NCBI GenBank assembly: GCA_036830315.1
Contig: DAISOU010000004.1
Span: 30,357 to 94,356 of the forward strand
Reading direction: 5' to 3'
DNA from: Bacillota bacterium
Lineage (GTDB): Bacteria > Bacillota_I > Bacilli_A > RFN20 > CAG-288
Length of the DNA: 64,000 nucleotides
Shown in pieces: positions 50,195 through 61,600 of the stretch. The translations under genes and the position numbers were made by a program. A model generated the notes under the pieces. It was not told the DNA's origin, searched no databases, and worked only from the letters and a program-made list of their open reading frames with translations. Positions within the stretch are counted from its first letter, which is position 1, and every line of letters starts with the position of its first letter.

Positions 50195-50674
50195 ATGGAT
50201 ATCAGAACAGGCTTAGGATATGATATACACCGTCTAAAAGAAGGAAACCATCTTCTTTTAGGAGGTGTCTTAGTTCCTAGCACTGTTGCGATAGATGCCC
50301 ATTCTGACGGCGATATTGTTCTCCATGCCCTGAGTCAGGCTATTTTCTCTTCTTTAGGATTAGAAGACATCGGCACTTATTTTCCTGATAACCTTCAGTC
50401 TACTTTGAATCTCGATTCAAAGAAGATTCTCTCTCTGGCTCTGGAAAAGATGAATGAAAAAGGCTATCAGCTTGGCAATGTGGCAGTCGCTGTCATTCTT
50501 CAAAGACCAAAAATCAAAGACTATAAGGGACTGATAAAAACCAGTCTCTCTCATCTTCTGTCTTTGGATGAAGATAGGATTGCCGTTCACGCCAACACCA
50601 AAGAAGGAGTCGGAGAAGTCGGAGAAGGAAAGGCGCTTGAAGTACTCGCTGAAGTATTGATAAAGAAAGACTGA
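50195..50674 (+). CDS. ispF: 2-C-methyl-D-erythritol 2,4-cyclodiphosphate synthase.
   Basis: GxGYDxH…HSDGD motif. Confidence 0.9.
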   Translation: MDIRTGLGYDIHRLKEGNHLLLGGVLVPSTVAIDAHSDGDIVLHALSQAIFSSLGLEDIGTYFPDNLQSTLNLDSKKILSLALEKMNEKGYQLGNVAVAVILQRPKIKDYKGLIKTSLSHLLSLDEDRIAVHANTKEGVGEVGEGKALEVLAEVLIKKD

Positions 50675-50684
50675 GGATTGCTCT

Positions 50685-52370
50685 ATGGATATAGAAAAAC
50701 AGATAAAGACCGAGATTGAAAAGTTCTTTTCCAATCTGGGAGTTGAAGTCAAGGACGAGGAAATCATCCTCACTGCCTCTGATAAGAGAGAACACGGCGA
50801 TTATGCGACTAACATCGCACTTAGAAAAGCCAAAGCCCTAGGGATGAAGCCTATCGACTTAGCGACTAAGATTGCCTCTTCTTTTAAGCTTGACGGCGTT
50901 GACAAGGCTGAGGCCTGCATGCCGGGCTTTTTGAATTTCTTCCTGAAGCAGGATGAACTTGGAAGCATCATCAAGAAAATCATCGACGAAAAAGAAAACT
51001 ACGGAAATCTCGATATCGGCAAAGGCAAGAAAGTAGATGTCGAATACGTCTCTGCTAATCCGACTGGCCTTCTTCATTTAGGTCATGCCCGCGGTGCCGC
51101 TTTAGGAGACTGTATTGCCAGACTTTATAAAAAGTCGGGTTATGATGTCACCCGTGAGTATTACATCAACGATGCCGGAAACCAGATCAACAATTTGGGT
51201 CTTTCCCTTATCGCCAGATACAAGGAGCAGTTCGGTCAGGAATGCACCTTCCCGGAAGACGGATATCACGGTGAGGAAATCACTGAATTAGCCATCAAGC
51301 TCAAAGAAGAAGTCGGCGACAAATATTTAAAGGATCCTGAAAGCAATCTCGAGTTCTTTAAAAAGTATGGTTCTGACAATCTTCTTGAGAGAATCAAAGA
51401 AGATTTACACGAGTTCCGTGTTGATCAGGATGTCTATACTTCTGAAAAAGCTATCCGCAACCGCGGGGATGTCGAAAAAGTACTGGAACGTCTCAAACCT
51501 TATTGCTATGTTCAAGACGAAGCTACTTTCCTCGATACCAAGAAGGACGGAGACGACAAGGACCGTGTTCTTATCAAGTCCGATGGTTCTTATACCTATC
51601 TTTTACCGGATATCGCCTATCATGCTGATAAGTTCTCCCGTGGCTTTGATTTGGTAGTCGATCTTTTCGGAGCTGACCACCACGGCTATGTCACCCGCTT
51701 AAAGTCCGCCGTCAAAGACTTGGGATATAATCCTGATTCTGTTCAGGTGGCTTTGGTTCAGATGGTACGTCTTTTTAAGGACGGAGAAGAATTCAAGATG
51801 TCCAAGAGAACCGGCAATGCTATTTCGATGAAGGAACTCATGGACGAAGTCGGTGTTGACAGCTGCCGTTATTTCTTCGTCTCTCGTTCTGCCAATTCCC
51901 ATCTCGATTTCGATATCGACTTAGCTAAGAAACTCGGTTCTGAGAATCCTGTCTATTATGCTCAGTATACTCATGCCAGACTCTGCGGAATCATGAATAA
52001 CGGAAAAGCCTTCTATCCTGTCGACTATAAGGCAGACCGCCTTTCTTCTGAGCCTGAGAAGAATCTTCTCATCGCCATGAAGGATTTCCCCACTGTCATC
52101 AAAACCGCAACTTATGAGAATGAGCCTTATAAGATCACCAATTATGTCCACTCTCTTGCTATGCTTATCAATGAATTTTATTCTAAGTGCCGTGTTTTAG
52201 ATGATTCTGATGTTGATTTGTCCAGGCAGAGATTAGGTTTGGTCGAAGCCTGCAAAGTCGTCTTAGCCGACGCTTTGGATCTCATCGCCGTCAGTGCTCC
52301 TGAGAGAATGACTAGCGACGACAAAGTCAAAGAAGATGCCTCTGATTCTTCTACGGCTAAAGAGAATTAG
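50685..52370 (+). CDS. argS: Arginine--tRNA ligase.
   Basis: HIGH-like PTGLLHLGHARG and a class I KMSKS-like MSKRTG. 561 aa. Confidence 0.95.
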   Translation: MDIEKQIKTEIEKFFSNLGVEVKDEEIILTASDKREHGDYATNIALRKAKALGMKPIDLATKIASSFKLDGVDKAEACMPGFLNFFLKQDELGSIIKKIIDEKENYGNLDIGKGKKVDVEYVSANPTGLLHLGHARGAALGDCIARLYKKSGYDVTREYYINDAGNQINNLGLSLIARYKEQFGQECTFPEDGYHGEEITELAIKLKEEVGDKYLKDPESNLEFFKKYGSDNLLERIKEDLHEFRVDQDVYTSEKAIRNRGDVEKVLERLKPYCYVQDEATFLDTKKDGDDKDRVLIKSDGSYTYLLPDIAYHADKFSRGFDLVVDLFGADHHGYVTRLKSAVKDLGYNPDSVQVALVQMVRLFKDGEEFKMSKRTGNAISMKELMDEVGVDSCRYFFVSRSANSHLDFDIDLAKKLGSENPVYYAQYTHARLCGIMNNGKAFYPVDYKADRLSSEPEKNLLIAMKDFPTVIKTATYENEPYKITNYVHSLAMLINEFYSKCRVLDDSDVDLSRQRLGLVEACKVVLADALDLIAVSAPERMTSDDKVKEDASDSSTAKEN

Positions 52371-52457
52371 TTTTCTCTTTATAAAAACCGCGGTTAAGAG
52401 TATACTTTAGAAGACTCTTAAATATATATTATTAGATAACTTAAAGGAGAGATAGTT

Positions 52458-52898
52458 ATGGCAGATAAAAAATCATATGTCGATGTCGCTTATGATGTTC
52501 TCAAAGACAGCTATGAAAAGAACGGCAAGAAGAGCGTCCCAGTCGCTTTCGGCGAATTGCTTCTCGCTGTCGGTCAGACTCTCGGTATCAACGAAGAGGA
52601 AGAGCTTCTCAAGATCGCTTCCAAGTTCTATACCGCTCTGACAATGGACGGACGTTTCGTAATCAAGGAAAACAATACCTGGGTCTTAAGAGAGCATGAG
52701 CTTCTCGATAACATCCATATTGACATGAATGATGTCTATTCCGAAGATGACGAAGACGAAGACGAATCCGAAAAGGAAAAAGGCATCGACAAGATGGATG
52801 AAGATGAAGAAGAAAAACCATCTGACTCTGATAGTGAAGAAGAAACAGAAGAGTTGAAAGATCTCTCTGGTTCTGATGACGAAGACGAAAACAACTAG
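52458..52898 (+). CDS. rpoE: DNA-directed RNA polymerase subunit delta.
   Basis: Conserved N-domain followed by an acidic D/E-rich C-terminal tail. Confidence 0.85.
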   Translation: MADKKSYVDVAYDVLKDSYEKNGKKSVPVAFGELLLAVGQTLGINEEEELLKIASKFYTALTMDGRFVIKENNTWVLREHELLDNIHIDMNDVYSEDDEDEDESEKEKGIDKMDEDEEEKPSDSDSEEETEELKDLSGSDDEDENN

Positions 52899-52915
52899 TC
52901 TTTCGTTGATTGCCT

Positions 52916-52941
52916 AAGCCCTCTAATCAGGGCTTTTTTTA
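52916..52941 (+). terminator. Terminator after rpoE.
   Basis: Stem aagccct / agggctt followed by TTTTTTTAT. Confidence 0.65.
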
Positions 52942-52958
52942 TCAAAAAGGAGATAAAC

Positions 52959-53909
52959 ATGACTGAACAGGAAAAGATTGAAGAACAAATTTTTCAAGCC
53001 GTCGAAGACAATGACAGCATTGTCGTTTTCGGACACAAGAACCCCGACGGAGACTGTCTGGGATCCGTGCAGGGACTAAAAGAGGCTTTGAGGGAGTACT
53101 ATCCTAAGAAGCATATCTACTCTGTTGGCACCTACCCTTCCTATATCGGTGCCTTTGCCGGCAAGGATGATGAAGTCACCGATGACATCATCCGTAATTC
53201 CTTGGCCTTTATGGTCGATCTTTCTGACTTAGAGAGAGTCGAAGATCAGAGAATCCATATGGCAAAGAGCATTGTCTGCATTGATCATCATATGCAGAAC
53301 AACATCCTGCCTTTCCCCGTTTACCGAAATGATAAGGCACCCAGTGCTACTTTCATCATCGCCACTCTTCTCTATAAGAGATTTAAGGAAATCTCTCCTT
53401 TGACAGCCACCTATCTTTATTTAGGCCTTGTCACTGATTCAGGACGTTTCCAGTTTGACAGCGAGCCGGCTACTTTTGCAATTGCCGCCAAACTTGTCAA
53501 GAGCGGTGCTAAATACAAGGAAATCTATCGTGAGCTTTATAAACAGAGCTCTATTGATCTCAAGTATCGTTCTTTCATCTACCAGAATTTCCAGTTCGAC
53601 GGTCTTGTCACTTACTGTGTCGTCCACAAAGAAGACTATAAGGCCTTAGGTCTTGATCAGAATGATGCTTCCGGGAAGGTCAACCTGCTTTCAATGCTTG
53701 ACGGCCATCCTATCTGGGCTTTCTTCATCGAGCAGGATAACGGTGTCATCAGAGTTGAACTCCGAAGCGACGGAACTAAGAATGTTCAGAAGGTCGCCAC
53801 TGCCTTTGGAGGCGGCGGACATATTCCTGCTGCTGGCTGCAGACTCACTGATTTTGCCGATGTTTCAAAGGTTGTCGCTGCTTTGAATCTGGCTGAAGAG
53901 GTTAAATAA
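52959..53909 (+). CDS. nrnA: DHH/DHHA1 phosphoesterase NrnA (oligoribonuclease / pAp phosphatase).
   Basis: DHH motif GHKNPDGDCLGS and the DHHA1 GGGH. Confidence 0.85.
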   Translation: MTEQEKIEEQIFQAVEDNDSIVVFGHKNPDGDCLGSVQGLKEALREYYPKKHIYSVGTYPSYIGAFAGKDDEVTDDIIRNSLAFMVDLSDLERVEDQRIHMAKSIVCIDHHMQNNILPFPVYRNDKAPSATFIIATLLYKRFKEISPLTATYLYLGLVTDSGRFQFDSEPATFAIAAKLVKSGAKYKEIYRELYKQSSIDLKYRSFIYQNFQFDGLVTYCVVHKEDYKALGLDQNDASGKVNLLSMLDGHPIWAFFIEQDNGVIRVELRSDGTKNVQKVATAFGGGGHIPAAGCRLTDFADVSKVVAALNLAEEVK

Positions 53910-54691
53910 TGTACGAGTCTATTTTGAGAGAGATGATCAAAGCAGTTCAGGAGAGTTCGCTTGAGATCATGAGAATTTATAAAAATGGATTCGATATCAG
54001 AATAAAGAGCGATGAGTCTCCTGCCACTGATGCTGATATAGCTTCCGATAAGATCATCAGAAACAAATTATCTGTTTTTAATGAAATCGGTTGGTTGTCT
54101 GAAGAAGATGCCGATGACCTCTCAAGATTGAATAAGAGAGAGCTTTTCATCATTGATCCTTTAGACGGGACACAGGATTTCTGTGACCGCGATGGTTCTT
54201 TCGGCATCAATGTCGCCTATGTCATTGACCATAAGCCTGTTGTCACCGTAATTGGAATTCCCCGCGATGGTGCCTTTGCCTATGCTGTAAAAGGACAAGG
54301 CTCATTTTATGTTCATGAAGACGGAAGAGAAGAAGAGATGCATGTCTCTGATCGAGTCAAAGACCTGATCATGGTCGGGAGCCGGACTCATGAACTTCCA
54401 GAAGAAAGAGCTGTCTATCAAAGACATGCCTCTCTTATCAAAGAAACTAAATGCTATGGTGCCTCTTTGAAGGCTGTCTATTTGGCGATGGGCATTGTCG
54501 ATGCTTCTATCCGTTATACGAAAATGACGAAAGAATGGGATGTCTGTGCTCCTGACTTGATAGTCAAAGAGGCAGGCGGTATCTTCTGTGACACTAATCT
54601 TCAAGAGTTCAATTATAATAGAGCTGATGTCTACAACAGAGACGGGTATTGTATGTTTAATAGGAAAGAGAACACGGTTCTGCTTAAGTAA
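53909..54691 (+). CDS. Inositol monophosphatase family protein (CysQ/SuhB-like 3'-phosphoadenosine 5'-phosphatase candidate).
   Basis: IIDPLDGTQDF and WDVCAPDLIVKEAGG motifs. Start overlaps the nrnA stop. Confidence 0.8.
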   Translation: MYESILREMIKAVQESSLEIMRIYKNGFDIRIKSDESPATDADIASDKIIRNKLSVFNEIGWLSEEDADDLSRLNKRELFIIDPLDGTQDFCDRDGSFGINVAYVIDHKPVVTVIGIPRDGAFAYAVKGQGSFYVHEDGREEEMHVSDRVKDLIMVGSRTHELPEERAVYQRHASLIKETKCYGASLKAVYLAMGIVDASIRYTKMTKEWDVCAPDLIVKEAGGIFCDTNLQEFNYNRADVYNRDGYCMFNRKENTVLLK

Positions 54692-54693
54692 TT

Positions 54694-56322
54694 ATGAAAA
54701 GTATCAAATATGTTATGTTTCCACTTCTTCTGCTCTCTTTAGTCTCCTGCACTTTGCCGTCGATCAATATCGGAGGCTCGTCTTTTTCATCATCTGACAG
54801 CAGTTCTTCAATTTCTTCTGGTAAAGAAGAATCTTCTGCAGTTTCCTCTTCGTCAGGTGGTTCTTCTGGTTCTGATGGTTCCTCATCTAGTTCATCAGCT
54901 GAGTTTCCTGATTATGTGACTGTCTATTCCATCAACGATGTTCATGGATCCATGCCTGAAAGTCAGAAAAAAGGAGAACTTGGAGTCGCTAAGCTTTCCT
55001 ATGCTATCAAGCATGATGCTGACTATAACCCTGAGACTTCTTTGATTCTCTCAGCCGGTGATTCCTGGCAGGGCGGATATCTTTCTTATAAAGAGAAACC
55101 TCTCACTGATCAGCTTCTTTCATATCTCGGTGTCGAGGCTATGGCTATCGGCAATCATGAGTTTGATTGGGGTGTCGATCAGATAAAGAGCTTGTCTGAG
55201 TCTTCTCCTTTCCCGTTATTAGGCTGCAATATCAGAGATTCTTCAGGTAACCAGGCTGATTTCTGCAAACCTTCTGCTGTCATTCAAAAAGGAGCCGTCA
55301 AATATGGTGTTATCGGTGCTATCGGCTCCGGTGAAGAAAGCTCAATAGCTTCAGGAATGCTCGGCAGTTATTCTTTTTCTGGCAATATTGATCTTATAAA
55401 GAATGAAGCAAAAAGCCTGACTGATGAAGGCTGCGATATAGTCGTTGTCCTTCTTCATGACGCTTCTGATTCCAGTTATACTTTATCTATTGCCAATACA
55501 CTGAGTCTTGCCGATAACAACATCTCCGGAATATTTGGCGGTCATTCGCATATGTTCCAGTCCTTGAATATCGGTTCTAACAATATGCCTTATGTACAGG
55601 GCGGAAGCAATACTCGCGGATACTGCAAGATGAAGTTTTCCACTCATACCGGCGGATTGATTAAAAAAGCCTATGTCCAATCAAATAGCAGTGATTTTGC
55701 AGTCAGCGATGACAAACTTGATCAGAATATATTAGATACGATTCAGACTAAGGAAACACAGTATCAGGCGGATGAGACTTTAGGTACTCTCGATTACAAG
55801 ATGACTAAATATGACGATGACTGGACCGCCTGCAATTTTGTCGCAACGGGAATGAATGAAGCTGTTCTTCACTACGGATATAAGAGCACAAGACCTCTGC
55901 TTGCAATTCACAATATGGCCGGCATCAGAGATTCTCTCTATCCTGGAAATGTGACTATCACCGACTTGTTTAAAGTATCTCCTTTTGATAACAAGCTTAA
56001 GTTGTTTAAGGACGTCAGAGGAAGTGTTGTCTCTAATTTAATCGGTACACAGACTTCTGATCATTCTTCCAAGTATTACGCTTTTTCAACTAGTGACTCT
56101 CTGGCTTTTGAAACATCTAAATATTACGACTTAGTCGTTATTGACTTTGTCTATAATTCTTCTTATTTTCCATCTTCTTTACAGAATGCCACTCAATATG
56201 ACTGCGGAAAAGATGGTTCTCTTCTCTACATCAGAGATGCTCTCAAGGATTACATGTCCTTTGGAGGAAGAGATGGCGGTAATGCCTTCTATAAAGAAGA
56301 CTTCGCCTGTGTAGCTGCTTAG
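54694..56322 (+). CDS. Surface lipoprotein 5'-nucleotidase / metallophosphoesterase.
   Basis: Lipobox LVSCT, Ser-rich linker, GNHEFDWG metallophosphatase motif and a 5'-nucleotidase C-domain. Confidence 0.8.
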   Translation: MKSIKYVMFPLLLLSLVSCTLPSINIGGSSFSSSDSSSSISSGKEESSAVSSSSGGSSGSDGSSSSSSAEFPDYVTVYSINDVHGSMPESQKKGELGVAKLSYAIKHDADYNPETSLILSAGDSWQGGYLSYKEKPLTDQLLSYLGVEAMAIGNHEFDWGVDQIKSLSESSPFPLLGCNIRDSSGNQADFCKPSAVIQKGAVKYGVIGAIGSGEESSIASGMLGSYSFSGNIDLIKNEAKSLTDEGCDIVVVLLHDASDSSYTLSIANTLSLADNNISGIFGGHSHMFQSLNIGSNNMPYVQGGSNTRGYCKMKFSTHTGGLIKKAYVQSNSSDFAVSDDKLDQNILDTIQTKETQYQADETLGTLDYKMTKYDDDWTACNFVATGMNEAVLHYGYKSTRPLLAIHNMAGIRDSLYPGNVTITDLFKVSPFDNKLKLFKDVRGSVVSNLIGTQTSDHSSKYYAFSTSDSLAFETSKYYDLVVIDFVYNSSYFPSSLQNATQYDCGKDGSLLYIRDALKDYMSFGGRDGGNAFYKEDFACVAA

Positions 56323-56380
56323 CTAGCAAAATTATAAAACTATGAAAAGGCACCCGATGTGGGTGCCTTTTCTTTCGTTT

Positions 56381-57763
56381 CTATTTTTCAAACTTTCTAT
56401 AGGATGTACTAAGTTTGATTTCAAACTTGCTCAGCTTGTCAGTGATGCTGTCGATATAGGATTTCTCGATTTTATCACAGGTTTCCTTGATGCTGACGGC
56501 CGCCTTTGTGATGCTTTCTGTTTTGTCTTGAATACTCTTGACACTATCCTGAAGGGACAGAAGAGGTTTATCTAGATAGGTTGTCTTAAGATAATCAAAC
56601 TGATTTAACAGTTCTTCCTGTTTCTGAAGATTGATTTCTTCTTTGATGCCCTTGAGGATCAGTTCACTGAACCTTTTAGTCAAGGAGACGATCATATTCA
56701 GGAAGGTCATCATATAGGCTGGTCTTACCACATACATATCCTTGAATTCGCGTACCTTCATTATCGGAATGTCATTGGGTTTGTCCATTTCGAGGTTGGA
56801 GACTAAGACGGCATAACGGCAGTTCTTCTTGGTTCTGTTTTCATCTAGCTTCTTATAGTAGAAGGCATTGGTCTTCTTATTTGTGGAATCGGGATTCTCG
56901 TCCTTCATATCCATACAGACTGAGGCCAATAATGATTTTTCCTGTCCGACAGTTTCCTTATCTGCATAGACTTTGAAGATGTAGTCGGCTTTGGAGCCCT
57001 TGTCTTCGGATTCATTGCGGACAACTACATTGTCTTTTTCCCAAGTGCAGTTATCTAATCCGTTCTGCATATAGGATTCGGCTTCTTTGTTGCACCAGGC
57101 TTCTAAGTCTTCACCGGTCTGTTTGATATTCAAAGCACCTTTCTGACGTTGGAGGGCACTGTACTTCTCTTCGCTTTCATGAAGCTTGTCTTTGAGCTCC
57201 TGAATAGTCTTGTCGTTTTCGCTGTTGGTTTTGAGACGGACATTTTCGATTTCGGTTTCCTTTGATTTCTGGAGGAATTCGTTCTGCTTGGAAAGCTCTG
57301 AGATCTTTTTGTCTTTCTCGTCTAGTTCATTTCTTTTTTCATCGTCATTTTTGATCTTGAGCTTCTGCAAGTCCAGTTCTTTTTGTACTTGGAAATTCTC
57401 AAGCTGTTTCTTTAATTCGTCGACTTTATCTGTATAAGAGAGCATAACTTCCTGCTCTTTGTTTTTGAGGGCATTTTCATTGTCTTTTTTAAGCTGCTCT
57501 AGCTGAAGCTGGAATTCTTTGATTCTGCTGCTGTTTTCAATGTCTTTGTTTTTAGTTTCCAAAACATATTGGTTTTCAATGACTTTCTTTGCTTCCTCTA
57601 GCTTTCTGAGGTAGACGTTATCTGTGCCCTGCTTTATTGCAGCATCGATACTGGTAAAATCGATTTTGGCTACTGAGGTCAGATCGATTTCATCGCCTTT
57701 TAATCCGTCCTCATCTAAAATCAGTGTATTCTTGTCTTTGACTATTACTTTAAGTGTCTTCAT
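56381..57763 (-). CDS. Coiled-coil protein with a C-terminal DUF2130/RmuC-like domain (possible PD-(D/E)xK nuclease fold).
   Basis: About 200 aa of K/E-rich heptad repeats, then a globular domain containing D(ADYIF)…(CM)DMK. RBS GAGGAA. Confidence 0.45.
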   Translation of the reverse strand: MKTLKVIVKDKNTLILDEDGLKGDEIDLTSVAKIDFTSIDAAIKQGTDNVYLRKLEEAKKVIENQYVLETKNKDIENSSRIKEFQLQLEQLKKDNENALKNKEQEVMLSYTDKVDELKKQLENFQVQKELDLQKLKIKNDDEKRNELDEKDKKISELSKQNEFLQKSKETEIENVRLKTNSENDKTIQELKDKLHESEEKYSALQRQKGALNIKQTGEDLEAWCNKEAESYMQNGLDNCTWEKDNVVVRNESEDKGSKADYIFKVYADKETVGQEKSLLASVCMDMKDENPDSTNKKTNAFYYKKLDENRTKKNCRYAVLVSNLEMDKPNDIPIMKVREFKDMYVVRPAYMMTFLNMIVSLTKRFSELILKGIKEEINLQKQEELLNQFDYLKTTYLDKPLLSLQDSVKSIQDKTESITKAAVSIKETCDKIEKSYIDSITDKLSKFEIKLSTSYRKFEK

Positions 57764-57814
57764 ATTATTTCCTCACTTCTATATTTTAACAGGAATATTT
57801 CAAGTATTGTTAAC

Positions 57815-57845
57815 CATATAAAAACTCCTGTGAGAAACAGGAGTT
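57815..57845 (-). terminator. Terminator downstream of fsa.
   Basis: 9-bp stem aactcctgt / acaggagtt. Confidence 0.5.
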
Positions 57846-57860
57846 GTTTATTATTGATAA

Positions 57861-58523
57861 TTACTTATCCTGAGGAAGTTCAGCGGTTTTTTCGGCGGCT
57901 TCGGCAAAGGTGATAAGTCCGTTGTCGGTCAGAGGATGATGAACGAGTTTGGTTATGACCTTAAAGGGGATAGTCGCGATATCGGCACCGGCCAAGGCAC
58001 AGTCTTCGACGTGCTTTGTCGAACGGATGGAAGCACAGATGATCTTGGTTTTATATCCGTTTTTCTCTTTCAGTGTGACTAAGTCTTCAATGAGTTTCTT
58101 GGAATCCCAGCCGTTATCATCAAGTCTTCCTAAGAAAGGCGAGACATAGGTAGCATTGTTTTCCATGGCTAAGAGAGCCTGTGAGACTGAGAAGCAGAGA
58201 GTCAGATTAGTGGGAATGCCTTTATCAGTCAGATACTTGCAGGCTTCTAAGCCGTCATTGGTAATCGGCAATTTGATGACGATATGCTTAGGGTCAATCT
58301 GATAGAGTTCTTCGCCCTGCTTGATCATGCCTTCAAAGTCACAGGCAGTGACTTCAGCGGAAATCGGGCCATCGATGAGCTTTACAATCTGAGAGATGAT
58401 CTGTTTCTGACTCATGCCTTCTTTGGCGATGAGAGAGGGGTTAGTCGTAACTCCCTTTACATAGCCGTACTTCGAAGCTTCTTTGATTTCACCGATGTTA
58501 GCGGTGTCGATAAATAATACCAT
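57861..58523 (-). CDS. fsa: Fructose-6-phosphate aldolase / transaldolase-like (TalC/Fsa).
   Basis: MVLFIDTANIGEI…VTTNPSLI. Internal start chosen because AAGGAGAA sits 6 nt upstream. Confidence 0.8.
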   Translation of the reverse strand: MVLFIDTANIGEIKEASKYGYVKGVTTNPSLIAKEGMSQKQIISQIVKLIDGPISAEVTACDFEGMIKQGEELYQIDPKHIVIKLPITNDGLEACKYLTDKGIPTNLTLCFSVSQALLAMENNATYVSPFLGRLDDNGWDSKKLIEDLVTLKEKNGYKTKIICASIRSTKHVEDCALAGADIATIPFKVITKLVHHPLTDNGLITFAEAAEKTAELPQDK

Positions 58524-58685
58524 TATTTTTCTCCTTCTATTTTTCATCTCTATTATACGATTAATTAAGGTGAGTAACTTCAAAAAGAGTCTTTGTTTAT
58601 GGGAATACTTCCGTTTCATACAAAGAGAGACCTGAGTGACTCAGGTCTCTTGGTCTAAACGATATCTGACTTGGAAAACTATTGC

Positions 58686-61600
58686 CTAGTTATTATAGTT
58701 TTCCGGGTCTTTTTTAGCCTTGAAGGCACGTATTACCATCCAGGCTGCAAAGCCGGCGACAAAGACATAGACGATGACTGAGGCAGTTGTCAGACCGATT
58801 CTCCAAGGAGAGGTGGTATAGGTGACAATGGCACCTGGTGCCACTTCATTCATCCAGTTAGAGTTAGCGAGGGCATAAGCGATATGGTGAACACTGTTTC
58901 TCATAGCCCATTTAGCAGAGGATGAGGTAGTATCGGTGGCATTGACCTGCATGAAGTAGAGGATGTAGTCATTGCCGGAACGCATAGTCTGGTCACGGCG
59001 CTTGGCACTGCCACCTGACATATCGGAGATGACAGCGCCCTGGAAGCCCCATTCGTCTCTTAAAGTCTTAGTGACTAAACTATAGCTTCCAGAGGAGAAG
59101 GTAGTACCGACGTAGTTGTAGCTTGTCATCATACCGGTGGCTCCGCGGACAACCTTTTGTTTGTGATTGCCCTCTCCGTCAGCGATATAGTCGATGGTCA
59201 TACGGGATTCCTTGACATAGATTTCAAAAGGTTTCAGATAGATTTCTCTCATAGTCTGTTCATCAGCCCAGACACAGATATTGGCACGATTGGTCTCATT
59301 GTCATTTAAGGCGAAGTGTTTGACATAGCAGGTGACGCCCTGATTTCCGGCACCGGAAGTGACAGCGGCACACATCTTGCCGGCTAAGACACCGTCTTCT
59401 GAATAGTATTCGAAGTTACGTCCAGAGAATGCGGTTCTGTGAGTGTCACATCCTGGTGCATACCAGCCGGTATTACCGATAGTCAGACATTCCTGACCGA
59501 CGGCATCGCCGTAGGCATAAGCCAAGTCGAGATTGAAAGTGGCAGCGACAATCGGCTCAGTCGGCCAGGCACAGGTAGATAAATCGGTAGCTCCGAAAGC
59601 GGAATTTATCGTGAGTCCCTGAGGGCCGTCAAGTGACTTTGATGCTGATAGACCGATTGAAGAAAGAGGAGAGATGCAGTACTGATCTTTGAACATCAGA
59701 GTCAGAAGCTCAGATGAAGAATAATCGATCTGATTGAGCAATTCATCCCAGAGAGGATCAAAGTAATCGACTCCGCGGAAATTGGTTATGGACTGATTAT
59801 TGGTTTTAGAAGAGAGCGGATCTTCGGCGTGATAGACTTTGCTTCCTTCGACATTGCCTAACTCAGTGTCAGTGGCGACATCGAATTCCTGGAGGTTTTC
59901 AACTACCCAGTTAGGTGCTTCTTTTTCTTTCTTTCCGGCGACGAGATTGGAGACTGCAAGTCCGTTGTCTTTTCCTCTGGTCAGTCTTTCGACTAAGGAG
60001 GAATCAGTCATATACTTAGTGCTTTCTTCAAAATTGTTGGTGGCAGCTTCAAAAGTAGCCTTGGTATCGGCTTTGGCTTTGGCAGGAACACTTGTGGCAT
60101 TGCCGTTATCATCTAAGGCAGACTGAGCATCCTTTTCCGATTGACGGGGATTGTCATTATCAAAATAGATTGTGGAACCTATATCGAATGTCTCATCTTG
60201 AACTACGTCGTGACTGTTATTACGTAAGGAGATATGATAGGTTCCCTTATCGAGCATATAGCAGCCCTTGGTTTTATCGCTGTTTTCATGCTTGTAACTA
60301 TAGGAAGCCATATCATCAGTGTCAAACTTCAGCTTGAGAATTTCACTTTCATTGGGAGCGAGAACCTTTGTCTTTTCAAAAGCGGCTAATAAGGCAGTCG
60401 GTTTTTCAACACCGAGCTCTTTGTCTAAATCGGTATAAGGGGCAGTGTAATAGATCTGGGCAACATCCTTTCCGGCTACGTTTCCGGTGTTGGTTACTTT
60501 GACTTCTACAGTCACTTCGTTTTCATTTCCTTTAAAGGAAGTTATTTCTTTCTTGAAGGTAGTATAAGAAAGACCATATCCGAAAGGATAGACGACCTGT
60601 CCTTCGGTCTTAGTTGAACCATCAGCGTTCAATTCACCATAACTGAAATCGGATAATTTGGTGTCATAGGCAGTCTCATAGTATTTGTATCCCATATAAA
60701 CGCCTTCTTCGTATTCGATGTATTCGAAGGGATTAGAGGCTTTTCTGGAATCAGAATACTGCTTTCCGCCCATCGGAGCTAAGCCGTTGGTGTTGGTGTA
60801 GGCAAAACCATCGACATCGCCGATGTTCTTATAAGTGGGATCTTCTTTGACATCGCGGACAAAGACATCGACAGTCTTTCCTGAAGGATTGACTTCTCCA
60901 GCCAGAATGTCACTCATGGACTGGAATCCCTTGGCACCAGGACCGCCGACCCAGATGATGGCATCGATATCAGTGTCGTCAGCAAGACTTCCTAATTCCA
61001 TGGCATTGGAGGAGTTGATGACAACGACTACTTTGTCGCAGTTTGTTTTGGCAAGCTGCAAAGTCTCCTCTTCTTCAGGCATCAAGTCGAGGGCGTGTTT
61101 GACTTTATCAGTCGATTCAGCATCTCTGACCTTGCTGATACCAGCTGCTGCTGTTCCGGCAGCTGAAGCCTGGACATTTCCGACTTTGTTATAAGGAATA
61201 GAGAAGAGATCATTGTTCTCTCCTCCTGATCTTCCTAAGAAGACAATACCGGTTGTGGCAGAAGAAGTGATGTTGGAAGTCTTATAAACAGATTTGTCGA
61301 ATTCATAGATACTCTGATCAGATCCGTTATAGGTGTTAGTCCAATCGAAGTAATAGAGAACATCGTTTCCGGCCGTGGTGTCATAGTAGTATTTTCTGAC
61401 ATCAGTCGTACCGCTGACTCCTTCAAAAGTGTTGGCGACGTTGAAATTGCTGTCCAGGGCTTTCTCAGGAGAGACGACATAAGCGTCAGTAGTGACGACA
61501 TTTCCTGATCCTGATCCGCCATAGAAAGGATTCATGTAGCGATAGCCAAAAGGAGCGACATTGCTTTCTTTGGCCAGAGGCAGAGCGCCGTTATTCTTTA

